DNA of 64,000 bases from Centroscyllium fabricii (GCA_051313645.2 JBNRSN020000017.1:41292001-41356000), one strand, 5' to 3'. Shown: positions 1 to 13,402, counted from the stretch's first letter. Notes: a model not told the origin generated them from the letters alone. Made by a program: numbers and translations.

Positions 1-1529
1 AGTGATTTTCCAATTGTGCCTTTTCTTATTCCTGGAATGCCTACAAGTAGCTCAGTGTGGTCTCACAGCACCAAAAGCAAATAGTAAAATGCCCAGAACC
101 TGTAATTAAATAACTAGTAGCTGCAAGGTTCTGTTTTACAGTGACGCATAATTCCAACTGGTTGTACAAGAAAGTTTATATATAAAAAACACACAAATCT
201 GTGTGGTGCTGGAGTTATCCAGAGCTACTGTTCACGATTCGTTTTCAGCTCTTCTGTGTGAGTGCCAAGACATCCATTTGTATTTTTTTTTTAAAATCCT
301 CACATATTTTATTATATTTAAAAATATGTACACAGTGTTTGCACCCAAAAGAAATATAATAAACCAATTAGTCAAGAGCAACTGATTTCCATTCAGACCT
401 TGCACCAAAGGAATGACAAACAAAATAATAAAATGACATTAAGAGAGAATCAAAGACTGCACATAAAAATAAAAGCTGTAATTGGTTTCTGAAGCATTCT
501 ATTCACAATTGCATTTGTATACTTCAGAGATGCATTTGTAAAAGATATATTCGACAGAACCAACTGATGATCTTGGAATGGATGTAATTCCACGATGGGT
601 CATGAAATGCAAAACACGACATAATCACATTTTGTGCACTTTTTCAAAAAGACCCAATTTAAAGGTTCTCGTTATCTGGCCTGATATTAAGTGCCAGTAT
701 TTCTCATTTAAATATGTTAGTGGTAATGCATAAACACAGTTATGAATTCATGGTGGGAAGGAATAGGCAAAAAGAGAGGCCAACATTTATTTTTTCCCTA
801 GTTAGCTTACAGCTGAATTTGACTGGAGATTGCACTGACGGCACTTATATTGGCTAATAACTCTCTGCGTGCTGAGTGGCCCTTGTTGCATTCGGAGTAC
901 ACATATTTGCTGTCATGTAACATCTTCAAAAAATGGTTGTCTGCATGTCTGTCATGCAAAATATTAGAAAGTAGCTCAATAGTGTGAGAGTCACATACAC
1001 TTCTCAGTTTACAGCATCCTTTGATTCAGCGGAAAAAAATTCCATTTCATCATAGGCTTCCTTTTGGTTAAAGGGTATTACAATCTGTATTCAACATGGC
1101 AGAAGATTTGATAGACTAATGACAGGTGTTATCATCACCTATCGTGACAGAATCTAGATCTCCATTGTACTTCGGTTTACTGGACCATAATCACTTTTAA
1201 AAAGCTGCACCTCCTACATTTTTGTAATTATCGTGGTTTAAAAAATGTAACTTCTATTCAGGGCAGCGCACGATATATGAATGAATAAAGCAAACGCCCA
1301 ACAGCTTGCGAGAACGTTGTCATGCCGGTTGAGAGTGTATATAATTCAGAACGCTGGGTAGGGTTGGTTCAGAATATTTTACGACTCAAGTCGATAAAAT
1401 TCTCCATAGAAAAATATAACGCAAATAAACAGGAAGCATGCAAATGAGTATTCACCCAAAAAAAACAGAAAGGGAGAGAGAGCATCAGTCACTAGAGGCG
1501 ACTGTAGGAGGTTTCAGAAGGTAATATTA

Positions 1530-2679
1530 CAGGTTGAGCACGAGTAATCCGGCACGCGATGGTCCGACAGCTTCAGTGGTTTGGCACAATTGGTAACCGG
1601 TGCTCTTCATTTTGCAGAGCAGCCGCTCGGCGGCGCCACCATTCCTAGCGAGGGTGAGCGAGCGCCGAAGGCGTCGGGTGTTTGGGTTTCTGTTTTTTTA
1701 AGTTTTGTAAGTGTTCCATCCCCGGGCTCCCTCCCGGGGAGTGTACAACCCGCACGCTCCGGGCCCCGGGGAGTGTTCTACCTGCACGCTCCGCGCCCCA
1801 GGGAGTGTTCTACCCGCACGCTCCGGGCCCCGGGGAGTGTTCTACCTGCGCGCCCCGGGGAGTGTTCTACCCGCGCGCTCCGGGCCCCGGGGAGTGTTCT
1901 ACCTGCGCGCTCCGCGCCCCGGGGAGTGTTCTACCCGCACGCTCCGGGCCCCGGGGAGTGTTCTACCTGCGCGCTCCGCGCCCCGGGGAGTGTTTTACCC
2001 GCACGCACTGGGCCCCGTGGAGTGTTCTACCTGCGCGCCCCGGGGAGTGTTCTACCCGCGCGCTCCGGGGAGTGTTCTACCGCGTGCTCCGGGTCCTGGG
2101 GAGTGTTCTATCCGCGTGCTCTGGGCCCCGGGGAGTGTTCTACCCACGCGCTCCAGGCCCCGGGGCGTGTTCTACCCACGCGCTCCGGGCCCCGGGGAGT
2201 GTTCTACCCGCGCGCTCCGGGCCCCGGGGAGTGTTCTACCCACGCGCTCCAGGCCCCGGGGCGTGTTCTACCCACGCGCTCCGGGCCCCGGGGCGTGTTC
2301 TACCCGCACGCACCGGGCCCCGCGGAGTGTTCTACCTGCGTGCCCCGGGGAGTGTTCTACCCGCGCGCTCCGGGCCCCGGGGAATGTTCTACCGCGTGCT
2401 CCGGGTCCTGAGGAAGTGTTCTATCCGCGTGCTCTGGGCCCCGGGGAGTGTTCTACCCACGCGCTCCGGGCCCCGGGGCGTGTTCTACCCACGCGCTCCG
2501 GGCCCCGGGGAGTGTTCTACCCACGCGCTCCGGGCCCCGGGGCGTGTTTCTACCCACGCGCTCCGGGCCCCGGGGAGTGTTCTACTGCGCGCTCCCCCCG
2601 AACCTTCAGTGGTTCAGAGTTTTCAGTGGTCCGGCACCGGCCTGGTCCGGAGGGTGCCGGATTAATGGTGCCCAACCTG
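1530..2679. mobile_element. Non-autonomous Tc1/mariner (pogo/Tigger-like) DNA transposon with internal minisatellite
   Basis: Imperfect ~26-bp TIRs CAGGTTGAGCACGAGTAATCCGGCAC / GTGCCGGATTAATGGTGCCCAACCTG, flanked by TA at 1528-1529 and 2680-2681. Confidence 0.85.
1720..2595. repeat. GC-rich minisatellite, ~33-bp unit with shorter variants
   Basis: Tandem GGGGAGTGTTCTACCYRCRCGCTCCGGGCCCC units. This explains the long repetitive ORFs at 1581-2745. Confidence 0.95.
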
Positions 2680-3679
2680 TACTTGAATTATTTTATTCTT
2701 TTTCTGCCGATATTGTATTTCAAAAAAATGATTAAAAGCTCATAACTGCAGTTAACACATTTAAACATTTACTGACAGATAATAATGGCCTGAAACATTT
2801 TGGATAACATTTTCCTTCCCCGCCACCCCCCCCCCCCCCCCCCCCCCCACGCCAATACAGATGCAAGTGGGTTGGTTAAAAACAAGGCCGGGTAGTTGCC
2901 TCTCATACACTACTATGGAGAATGCTGGTGTACTGGATATTGAAAGTTAGTAGAAATATTCAGTACTCAGAGGGTGAAATGAGAAATGAACCACAGACGG
3001 CAATTAGAGGGATTCATGCAGGAGATAAAGGATGTCATTTTGTGATGTTATACTTTTAACAGAAAACCCAAGGGAAAGAGAAGACATGCCTTTGAAAAAA
3101 AAAGGCGCAAGTCTATTTTTGTTTAACATCATCGCATTAACAAATGTGGTCATTGGCAGTTTTGTTTTGATTAAAAAGTAAAATTAGTTGCATTATTGAC
3201 AGAAATAATGACTTGTTATACATTTTTAAATGTTTATATTTTCAGTTCTAATTATGTCATGTGCGAGACCTGTTCAAAGCCATAATTATCATTTGAAATC
3301 TGGACAAGCTTCACATCTGCCGTGGAATGGAGCAAGCCTGTACCCGTCTTTCTTTAAACACTTTACCTAATTGCAGTGTCGATTCACAGGGAATCGCAGG
3401 GAGCACAGATACAAAAAACATGCACTGCCAGTTAAATTACAAGAATCTCTCACATTGTTATGCTACTTTTTTTTTTTAGAAAGGAAGGGATATTGTGATA
3501 GTACAATTTATTTACATAGTCAATATTTCTAAAATCAGGTAATGTCCTCTATCTTAACATCGCAGCACTGCTAACTTCAGAGTGATTCACACAAACCACC
3601 AAATGTTTACAGGTTTGGTCCATTTGAAAATTTCAGGCTTTATTCTTTTAAATTAATTTACAAAACAGACAGGTCGCTC

Positions 3680-3990
3680 GATTCCCTGGACTCAGTGAAC
3701 TTAACCAGTGATACAGATCAGGAAGGCTCCGGGTCCGATCTGTGCTGAATTAGCTGTTCTCAGCCAAGCAGCAGGAGAGACGTTACAATTGGCCCCAGTG
3801 GCCCGGATCAGGGAAGAGAGCATCAGCCAAGGTACCTGCACCTGGTCTCCATCCAGTGATCACTGGAGTGTGTTTAGATGCCAGATCCAGACAGGATTGC
3901 TCTCTACTCTGAGATCCCTCACAGTTAACGAGACCTACTGTCATGGCTAACACACAATTAAATGAAGTACCAGAGGCGATCGGTGCTCAA
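3680..3990 (+). mobile_element. Old SINE-like interspersed repeat (family not named)
   Basis: Shares ordered motifs (CTGAATTAGYTGTTYTCAGC, ACARTTGGCCCCA, AGTGAYC) with the reverse complement of 12030-12410. Confidence 0.5.
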
Positions 3991-4788
3991 GTAATCAACC
4001 CGCTGCAAAGCGCCGATGTCTTCAGGAAAGTGGAAACATTTTTTTTTCCTTAAAGATTGTAAAAAAAAGTTTGTTTTGCTAAATTTCAAAAGCAGTTAAT
4101 CATCTTCAGCAACTAGATGGTATTAGTAACCCTTTGGGCACTGCATACGGGGTTTTTTTCCTTTCAAAGTATCTGCAACTGATATCATACAGTAACCATC
4201 AAAGAAACAACAATTCTGAATATTGCAAGGAAGTTTGGAGAATAGTAACGTACTGTGGGATTTGTTATCACCGTTTTTGGGATGATTAAAATTTGGATTC
4301 TGTAGTCAAAGGGCAGCTCAGTAACACCCATAGGGCTGATCTGTGAGTATAGCACTCTTGGAAAATATGAAACCAATCTAAGATGAAGAGATAGACTTAT
4401 GGGAAAGGATATTGAAGTCTTCAATAAAGGTCACAAATCAATAAGCACACAAGCAATTACAATTGAAAAAAAAATCTCTCGTATAAAATTTTGCCAAACA
4501 TAAAAATGAAACTAGCCAGTCAGTCAAATCATCAAATTTCTGACAGTGATGCGATGCTCAACAACTGAGTTTGTCTCATGTAATTTACAAACAGTGGTCG
4601 TTAAACTTTGCACAAAGTAGTGCCTCTTCTCTCTTTTGATTTCTGCAGCTGTTAGCAACTGCTGGAGGCAGAAACTCTATTTTCTAATCCCAGTTTTACT
4701 TGAAAGAGAGTATTTCTGATTAATAATTTTCACATGTATTCAGCTTTCATAGGATTTTCCTCTTTCAATACATTAAGCTATCCTAGAG

Positions 4789-5063
4789 CAGGGGTCCCCA
4801 ACCGCCGGGCCACGGCCCAGAACATTTTCACCGGGACACAGCCGCAGAAGGAATATTCCCCGCCCGCACCCGAGCACCCCCCCCACCCCGGTCCACAAAA
4901 GAAACCCCGCCAGCAAACCCCCCCCGGTCCGTGAAAACCCCCCGCCAGCACACCCCCCCCCCCGGTCAGTGAAAAAACCCCCGCCAGCACACCCCCCACC
5001 GGTCCGTGAAAAAATTGACCAGGTCAAAATGGTCCGCGGTACAAAAAAGGTTGGGGACCGCTG
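4789..5063. mobile_element. hAT (Charlie/MER1-like) MITE
   Basis: TIRs CAGGGGTCCCCAACC / GGTTGGGGACCGCTG with a perfect 8-bp TSD TCCTAGAG (4781-4788, 5064-5071). Short internal C-rich tandem repeats. Confidence 0.93.
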
Positions 5064-6859
5064 TCCTAGAGGACGCAACCTTTCATTTGAGTCCAGGCAA
5101 CTCCCGCTTTTAGTTCGCATGCGGTCAAGGAAAACTGAAACATTGCACAAAACGTTTACAGTATTTCTGAAGAACGCAAAGATATTATTCAAATTATTTT
5201 GTTGTGTCACTAATATTTTAGTGGGATTTCTTGTTACAAATGTACAAATGGAGTACAAGGGATATCGCCTCTTATATAAGGAAGTACATATCAAAAGTCA
5301 AGGACGTGCATGTAACAATTCCCTTTAAGATTCAAACATATGTTGGTTGTATGTTATTCAAGAGGCAGCAATTGCATGTTTTACCATTATATAATTTATG
5401 ACTGGGAATTAGTCACAAGACTACTGCACAGACATTAAAGCTCCTTATATCGCCAGGAATGTCACGTTAATAGTCAGAGTTAAGGTAGTGCTTTCATTGT
5501 TACAAATGCTACTCTCACTGAGTCTGGTTAAAAACAATATTGGTTGTAATATCATGGCAGATTAAATATGTGTGTCGCATTTACTACAACTAAACGTGCT
5601 GCTCCAGAAACAACATGTTCACAGAACTATCCTGCTCGCTAGCAAGAAATTCCTGATGACATGAGGGCATTCATCGAAGGTCAGGTAATGACAAAAATCA
5701 GCACCACCCGCTGGGTTGTGTATTCATTCTACGCTCTTTTTTGTCAGAAGTGACTCAAGCATTTTCTGTAAGCTTCATTCATGAATCTCTAAAAAAAATT
5801 AATCACAATGAGTAGCTTTACAAAGGATAATCCTACATTCAGTAAATTTTGAACCTAAGTTACTTGTTCTATGCATCCCACATGAGTGCACTCTGATATA
5901 ATTCAATGTATGGTTTGCAAAGACTGATACTTTGAGTACTGAGGTGCTTGGTTTGGGGGGGACAAAAAGTGACCTTCAATTATTAAAAGTAAAAACAGTC
6001 TTTAAGTACGAAAAGTTTCTGACTCGGTATATGGCGTACTGTATCACAGTAAAATGTGCAGAAACAGTTTCCATTAGCATCTGAAATAATATGAGTTTAC
6101 TGTAGTTTTGTTATCTATAAGTCTATAACAATGTTTAGAGGGACTTATCTTCATTGGTAGTGCATTGTCCTGACGATTCCTTTCAAATACAAGACCGCAA
6201 TCCATTAGTTTCACACTCAGTGATTCTCAAGCCATGTCCTTGCAGTGTGTAATGTAATTAGAACCCCCGATTGTATAAGTCACTTGTACCCATCTGTTAC
6301 TGTACACAATTCAGACAGCACCCAACTAACAACAGCAATCCTATTTTCAGACCCTGACCGAGTGCCTAAATGTTGAACAGCTTTTCCAACAATCAAAATA
6401 TACTTTTTTCCTGTTGAATTACAGTTCAATATAACGGACTTTCTGTTGCTCTCAATGCGGTACAGCACGGAGAAAAATGAAGTTAACCATAGATCCTTTC
6501 GTCAGTCAGTGTTTGAACAAATGGACAGATTTTAAAAAGAAGCTTAAAAAGAAAAGGCTGTGCAAATGTCACGATATGTTTTTACATGAATCCTGATCGA
6601 AGAAAATGTATCCATCTTTACCCCAATATATCTAAGATTCAACTTAATCCAGACAATGATTATTCATACCATTCAGAACAATAAGAGTGTACAGAAGGAA
6701 GGCATTCGGCCCATCATATCACACAGGCCGTTTGCAACAGCAATCCAAAACCAGGCCCACTGCCCTCTCCCCATAGCCCTAGTATCTATTTATTCTCTAT
6801 TCACTCCCCAAAACAAAAAATAGAAAGGATAGTTGTCAAGCCCTGATATAGTTCTATAT

Positions 6860-7235
6860 CAATTCAATTCAATTCAAATTGTATTGTCATTGCAGAGTAC
6901 TAGTACAATACAACGAGACGAAGACTCGACTCTCCCGAGAGTAGTGCAAACAAAAATAAATAAATTACATGAAAATTGCATACAGTAAAGTTCATTATCA
7001 GGCGTGCAGGTACCGAAGTTTCTTTTTAGAGTTCAGGAGGCTGACAGCCCTGGGGAAGAAGCTGTTCTGAAATCTAGTCGTGCGGGTGCAAATTGCTCTG
7101 TAGCGTCTCCCGGAGGGCAGAGGGGCGAACAGACTGTGGCTGGGGTGTGTGGGGTCTTTAATAATGTTCATAGACCTCCGTAAGCAGCGTTTGAGGTAGA
7201 TGCTTTCCATTGACGGTAGCTGTGTACCGGTAATT
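6860..7235 (-). mobile_element. Rex1/Babar-type LINE 3' fragment
   Basis: Encodes ...IIKDPTHPSHSLFAPLPSGRRYRAICTRTTRFQNSFFPRAVSLLN, the typical Rex1/Babar RT C-terminus. (TTGAA)n tail at ~6860-6876. Confidence 0.85.
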
Positions 7236-7588
7236 CAGAATCTGTAACTGTATCACTATCCATGCAACTATGAATATATCTTCATATATAGCTGATAGGG
7301 TTAGATAATGTAGGGTGGAGCATACACATAGACCAATTAGGCTGAATGGCTCATTTCTGTGCTGTCATTTCTATGTAATTCATAATAACAATGTTTGTGT
7401 CTGTCATGACTGTTCAATTTTTCTTCTTCCTTATTGGTTAGGTCACTTTGTTGTTCTTTCTAATTGGTTAGTCTCATTATTTTCCACTTGTTATTCACTA
7501 ATAATATCATGCAAAACCTCTCTCTCCAATCACCTTGCTCTGAAAGAGAATTCTATCCAATCTCAATGAAGCAAAACAAATCTTTCTG

Positions 7589-8893
7589 GAGATCTAATGA
7601 CACAGTGGGTTAGATACTGACTTTTCACCTCTCAGGGGTCATAAGAACATAAGAAATAGGAGCAGGAGTAGGCCAATCGGCCCCTCGAGTCTGCTCCGCC
7701 ATTCAACAAGATCATGGCTGATCTGATCCTAACCTCAATTTTATTTTAACTCTCCACCCCACCCAAACCCATGTGATCACCTGGGAGAGGCGAAAAACCA
7801 GATAAAAAACCCAGTGGCCAATTTGGGAGAAAAAATCTGGGAAATTCCTCTCCGACCCATCTAGGCGATCGAAAACTGGTCCAGGAGATCACATGGCCGA
7901 TCTGAACCTATCCTCACGTCCACTTACCTGCCCGCTCACCATAACCCCTAATTCCCTTTACTTCCAGGAAACTGTCTATCTCTGTTTTAAAATTATTCAA
8001 AGTAGTAGCTTCCACAGCTCTCTGGGGCAGCAAATTCCACAGCCCCACCACCCTCTGGGTGAAGAAATTCCTCCTCATCTCTGTCCTAAATGAGTCACCC
8101 CTTATCCTTAGACTATGGCCCCTGGTTCTGGACTCTCCTACCATCGGGAACATTCTTCCTGCATCAAGCCTGTCCAGACCAGTTAGAATTTTATACATTT
8201 CGATGAGATCCCCTCTCAATCTTCTAAACTCCAGAGAGTACAAACCTAGTCTACCCAGTCTCTCCCCATACGTCAATCCTGCCATCCCAGGTATCAGCCT
8301 GGTGAATCTCCTCTGCACTCCCTCCATGGCAAGAACGTCCTTCCTTAGATAAGGAGACCAAAACTGCACACAGTACTCAAGGCTTGGCCTCACCAAGGCC
8401 CTGTACAACTGCAGCAAGACCTCCCTATTCCTGTACTCAAAACCTCTCGCTATGAAGGCCAACATACCATTTGCCTTCTTAACCGCCTGCTGCACCTGCA
8501 TGCTCACCCTTAGCGACCGGTGCACCAGGACACCCAGGTCTCGTTGTACTTCCCTTTCTCCCAATCTATTGATTAAGTCTAGCCCAGACTGCTGATAGGA
8601 TGAAAATCCCCTCTATTTTCTGGCTGTAAAGGAACTAAGTGAAATTATTTTGGACAGTCTCAATCCAGTTCATAGTGGGTGCGGGCATACAGCACAAAAC
8701 TGCTCCTAATCCAGCACAAATTAGCGCGGTCATTCTGAAGGAACCACAGGATAGGTGATGTGGAGAATAGAAAAATGTCATACTGGTACAGTAGAGGATG
8801 TTCTCCTTAGCATGGGGTTGAGGTTCATTGTTGGGGCAGAGTAGTGGGAACTTTCCTCTGCATCTGCTTGTGCTATACTTGACCTGGAAGTGC
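7589..8893 (+). mobile_element. LF-SINE-like ancient tRNA SINE, split by the CR1 at 7641-8570
   Basis: Head CAGTGGGTTAG...CTTTTCACCTCT (7603-7632). The body resumes after the CR1 with GTGAAATTATTTTGGACAGTCTCAATCCAGTTCATAGTGG and GGGGTTGAGGTTCATTGTTGGGGCAG, resembling recalled LF-SINE consensus blocks in the same order. Confidence 0.55.
7641..8570 (-). mobile_element. 5'-truncated CR1 LINE (RT C-terminus and 3' UTR)
   Basis: ORF 7914-8564 contains QRDLGVLVH...LYRALVRPSLEYCVQFWSPY...TRGHSLRI, and the (TTCTTATG)n tail is present. The 3' UTR carries an extra ~170-bp module. Confidence 0.95.
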
Positions 8894-9778
8894 TTTTTCC
8901 CACATGACCCATTATCCCTCACCAGGCCTCACCAATAACCCTGAACTGAGGTACGTCCTTCCCCAATAATTCATGGCACAAGCCTGGTTCTCTCAGCGTT
9001 GGCCCCATTTATGTGGCACATGAAAGAAAGCCATTTGCACAAAGATCTCATTATCCCCTCTCTTGGCTGGCTGCCTTCTGTGCCTGCACAAGGAAAAGAA
9101 TCTGCCAACAGAGTACTCCCAGACTGCACACCCGCTTTCAGCACTCCCAAGGCCTGGGCCCCATTCCTGCTTTCATGTCACTGATGTGGGACCATCAGTC
9201 TCTGCCTTGCGAGCCTTGGGCCACCGACCTCGCTCTTCTCACCCTCTTGCCATTTCCCATATACTCTGTGTGCTTCCAGCCTTCCCATTGTCAGCTACCC
9301 GTGTCCCTAATTTCCCAGATTTCCCACTGCTCCTCAATGGTCTTGGTCAAATTATGCTCCTCAACATGGGCCCAGCCTCTGATCAGCTTCCTCGTATATG
9401 GTCCAGCTTCTCTTCCGGCCCATGCATGCTGTACTGAACAGTCATATCCTGATCTGTACTTTGCTCCATAATCTGCAGAATGCATCTGCTCTCTCTGTCC
9501 TTCTCCCCACTCCCTCTGAGACAGAGCACACGACTCCTTCCCAACCCATGCCCCGCCTCGCACTCGCTCAAATTAAAGCAGCCAACATGATAAATGGTAA
9601 TTCCCCACTCAAAGATTATTTCTGTGATGCTTTGAGCCCCACGTCTGCCACTAGATCTCCATGACTTATGACAGGAGAAAGAGAAAGTGCATTAGGCACA
9701 AAAAGACAACAGGACATTCAGAAAGAAATGGAGAGAAAATGTGTGAGAGGTATGTGACGACTGCCAAATAGAACGAGT

Positions 9779-9866
9779 GCAAGAAGTCACACAACACCAG
9801 ATTATAGTCCAACAGTTTTATTTTAAATCACAAGCTTTCGGAGCTTTTGCCCCTTTGTCAGGTGAA
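9779..9866 (-). mobile_element. Penelope-like element terminal fragment (degenerate hammerhead motif)
   Basis: Same family as 26791-26883 and the 56529-57370 arms. The core reads CTGACAA instead of CTGANGA. Confidence 0.8.
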
Positions 9867-10933
9867 AGAGAGACTGACTTGAAGAACGCACATATGGGAG
9901 GGAGAAATCCGATCTCGCCCACATCTCACCTTAGCAGAGATAGACAGAGCACACAAAGGCGTATTAACATATTTTAAGAGATTCATTTAAACATAGCAGA
10001 TATAGAGAGAGAGATATAACGAGGGAAAGGCCTGCAGAGAGTGACACACAGAGAGAAAAATGGAAACTGCATGATACATGTGCACAGAGAGCAAAAGTTA
10101 CAGAAAAGAGCAGACAGAGACAAGGAAGATTACACAAAGAGAAAAACAGCATTGGTACAAATAAATACAGCAATGACAACAAAAGCAAATATCTTTGAGA
10201 CATACAGAGAGAGACAGTTTAAGACAAACTAAAATACAGAGTAAGGGGGCTAGCAAGAATTAGGAAATGGAGACAAGAGAGGTAGGGTCCCAGAAAGAGA
10301 GGCACACAACATTTTTAATGTTTTGTGTTTGAGCAACAACACTGGAGATCAGCAAGTATATCACAGGTCACTGCGTCTCTCACAGCACGGTTCCTCCGCC
10401 AATTAAATGTTCTGTTATTAAATAAATCTGACATATTGCTGCAGCAGCAACCTTACCAGGTTTCTTCCAAGTCAGCCCACTTCCACTCCACGCGGGTCAT
10501 GCTCAGATCCATTACAGAATGCAAACTTCAGAGATCACAATGTCACGAAAAGTGCAACAGATCTGTGCAAAAGCTAATACAGTACCTCAACAATATGTTG
10601 AATACTGCAGACTAGGACACTGACCGGGAAAGTTAGTTAAAAGGCTACTGACTTCTATCAATGATTTTCAGACTTCCCCAGTAAAATAGCTCTGCTAATT
10701 TTATTCAATTATCAAGGTCTTCCCAGTTACATTATTGATCAATTTTGCCTGTTATCTTTCTAGGCACACCTCTGAATTTAGCTCCTGTGCTGTCAACAAC
10801 AGACAACAGTGTCCAAACCGACTACGATTACTGCCTGAAAGTGATGCTTTTCTGCAGGCACATGGATTTGAAAATAAGACAATTTCTGGTTTGCACAATG
10901 ATGATCCATGTATGGGTTGAGGCGGAAAAAAAA

Positions 10934-11385
10934 GAAAGACTTGCATTTATATAGTGCCTTTCACAACCATCGGACGTTCCAAAATGCTTTACAGCCAATG
11001 AAGCACTTTGAAGTGGAGACACTGTTGTAAATTGGGAAATGCGGCAGCCAATTTGCGCACAGCAAGCTCCCACAAACAGCAATGTAATGATCACCAGATA
11101 ATCTGTTTTTTGTTACGTCAATTGAGGGACAAATATTGGCCAGGACACCGGGGATAACTACCCTGCTCTTCTTTGAAATAAGGGCCATGGGATCTTTTAC
11201 GTCCACCTGAGAGAGCAGACTGGGGACTCGGTTTAACGTCTCACCCAAAAGACGGCACTTCTGACAGTGCAGCACACCCTCAGTGCAGCACTGGAATGTC
11301 AGCCTAGATTTCTGTGCTCAAGTCTTGAACCCACAACCTTCTGACTCAGAGGCGAGGGTGCTACCCACTGAGCCACGGCTCACAC
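10934..11385 (-). mobile_element. SacSINE1/DeuSINE-like SINE, near full length
   Basis: tRNA-like head at the 11385 end, Deu-domain-like core (GGCCATGGGATCTTTTACGTCCACCTGAGAG...GGTTTAACGTCTCA) and L2-like tail (GCACTATATAAATGCAAG). Confidence 0.85.
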
Positions 11386-11499
11386 CTACTTCATACTTCT
11401 TTTGTGCGAACAGCAAGATTGTGTGTCTGTGGCACGTTGTGAAGATGGGGCACATGAAGCAATTAGAACTACATAGAAAATTTAACAAGCTTATTTTAA

Positions 11500-11897
11500 T
11501 AGAAAAATAGAAGATAGGAGCAGGAGTAGGCCATTCAGCCCATTGAGCCTGCTCCGCCATTCAATGCGATCATGGCTGATCATCCAAATCCAGTACCCTG
11601 TCCCTGCCTTCTCCCCATATCCCTTGATCCCTTTAGCCCTAAGGAATATATCCAACTCCTTCTTGAATGTATTTAATGAACTGGCCTCCACCGCCCTCTG
11701 TGGCAGAGAATTCCACAGGTTCACCACTCTCTGGGTGAAGAAATTCCTCCTCATCTCAGTCCTAAATGGCTTACCCCTTATCCTTAGACTGTGACCCCTG
11801 GTTCTGGACCCCCCAGCCATCGGGAACATCCTTCCTGCATCTAGTCTGTCCAGGCCTGACAGAATTTTATAGGTTTCGATGAGATCCCCTCTAAATC
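11500..11897 (-). mobile_element. CR1 3' fragment
   Basis: Encodes MFPMAGGSRTRGHSLRIRGKPFRTEMRRNFFTQRVVNLWN, followed by the CR1 tail. Confidence 0.93.
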
Positions 11898-12029
11898 CTT
11901 TCTGAACCAGTCTTAAAGCGAATCTTCAGACACTAACTCATAGCAAATTGAATTGAATGCTGCAGTGTGAAGCCCCATTTGTTTTTTTCATTTTCTCCCC
12001 TCATCAACTACTATTGGCCGTTGATGCTA

Positions 12030-12410
12030 GGGTGTGGTTCCACAGACACTGGCAACCCTCCAATACCTCGCCCAAGAGGCCAGCCTATACAAGGAGTATC
12101 GGCATTCACCAATACAATGAGTGTTCACAGTCCATTTGACCTGAAGAGGCAACCAACTGAGTTTAATTCTTCCTTCCCCACTGTCCACCCACAAAGCACT
12201 TTCCAAGAGGGGTCACTCGACAGTGATCATGAATTGGAACACTGGCAGATTTCCCCTCTCCTAGCCTAGAGATAGTGGGGCCAACTGTATCTCCCACACA
12301 GCCACCGCCTGCTGAAAACAACTAATTCAGTGTAGACAAAAGATCAAACTGGACCTTTCCTAATCTCTATGGCTTCGTACCATTTATCCCCAAGTCGTCA
12401 GAGGAGCATT
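12030..12410 (-). mobile_element. Old SINE-like repeat (same family as 3680-3990)
   Basis: Reverse-complement similarity to 3680-3990. Confidence 0.45.
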
Positions 12411-13402
12411 AAGCATCATTTATGCTGCAACTCTAAATCTATACAGTGTATTGTGATTTGCTAACTAGTTCCAAGTAAAACTATACGTGCAAACAGTGCA
12501 GAGTTATTTACTCCAACCTTACTTTGGAGTAAAAATGTTCATTTCCTGATACGAGCTTAAAACCAGCTGCAAATCAAAGTAATTCAACTCACTCTCGTGT
12601 AAACACTCTAAATCAAATAGTCGGTCACTCTGGCCCCCAAGGAAAACCACAGCATAATAGGTTTAACAGTATTAGGTGTTTTATGTCAATGAATACTTTA
12701 TGTGCTGTACATGTCGTGTGATATGTGGTAGATGTTTATGCAGTCAGTTGCCTGGGTTCCAACAAGGTTACAGAACAGCTACTGACACAGATCCCAGCAG
12801 AATCTCTCTGACACAGCTCCCAAAACGGATTCCCAATAGAGGCGCGGGCAACTGCCAGTACAGCCAATGGTAAAACGACCAGCGCCACTCCAACACAGAT
12901 CCCAAAATACATCGCCAGTACAGCTCTCGACATACATCCCCAACTCCCAACATATATTGCAAAAAAAACAGCTCCCAACATTCATCCCAAATGAACTCCC
13001 AACGCACTCAATTTGCAGCTCAAAATGTGCTCAGCAATAACTGAAATCTTCTTCAGACCCTTATAAAAGACTGTAATTTATGAAAACTAAGTCAAGCTCC
13101 TTTTTTTCTCCAAAAACAGCCAATATAACAAGGTTACAAATGTTTCTTTTAATAACATTTCAGATAGGGAATGGTTTTGTTGCCCGTGACGCTTTCATAT
13201 TTACGGTATCCAGCATCCAAAAATAATTTTGGTAAATATATTAAATCGAGAAATGGATGCATTCTGAAAGCTGTAAAGGGAGATTAGCTTGGAGATAAAT
13301 TACAGAAACAACATTCTATTTGTAATGGTATCAAGACATTTATGAAATAGAAGCATCAACACTGATCAAAAGCAACTATAAAAGCTCTTAAAAAGCAGTA
13401 GA

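Noticed and set aside
1720-2595. Regular repeats superficially like a CRISPR array
   Set aside because: No unique spacers, eukaryotic context and no cas genes.
1581-2745. Three long overlapping ORFs (276-344 aa)
   Set aside because: Artefacts of a stop-free GC-rich minisatellite inside a TIR element.
9940-10300. Purine-rich AGAG tract with short ORFs
   Set aside because: Decayed low-complexity sequence.
12775-13010. Recurrent ACAGCTCCCA/ACAGATCCCA motifs
   Set aside because: Degenerate short tandem repeat with no further structure.
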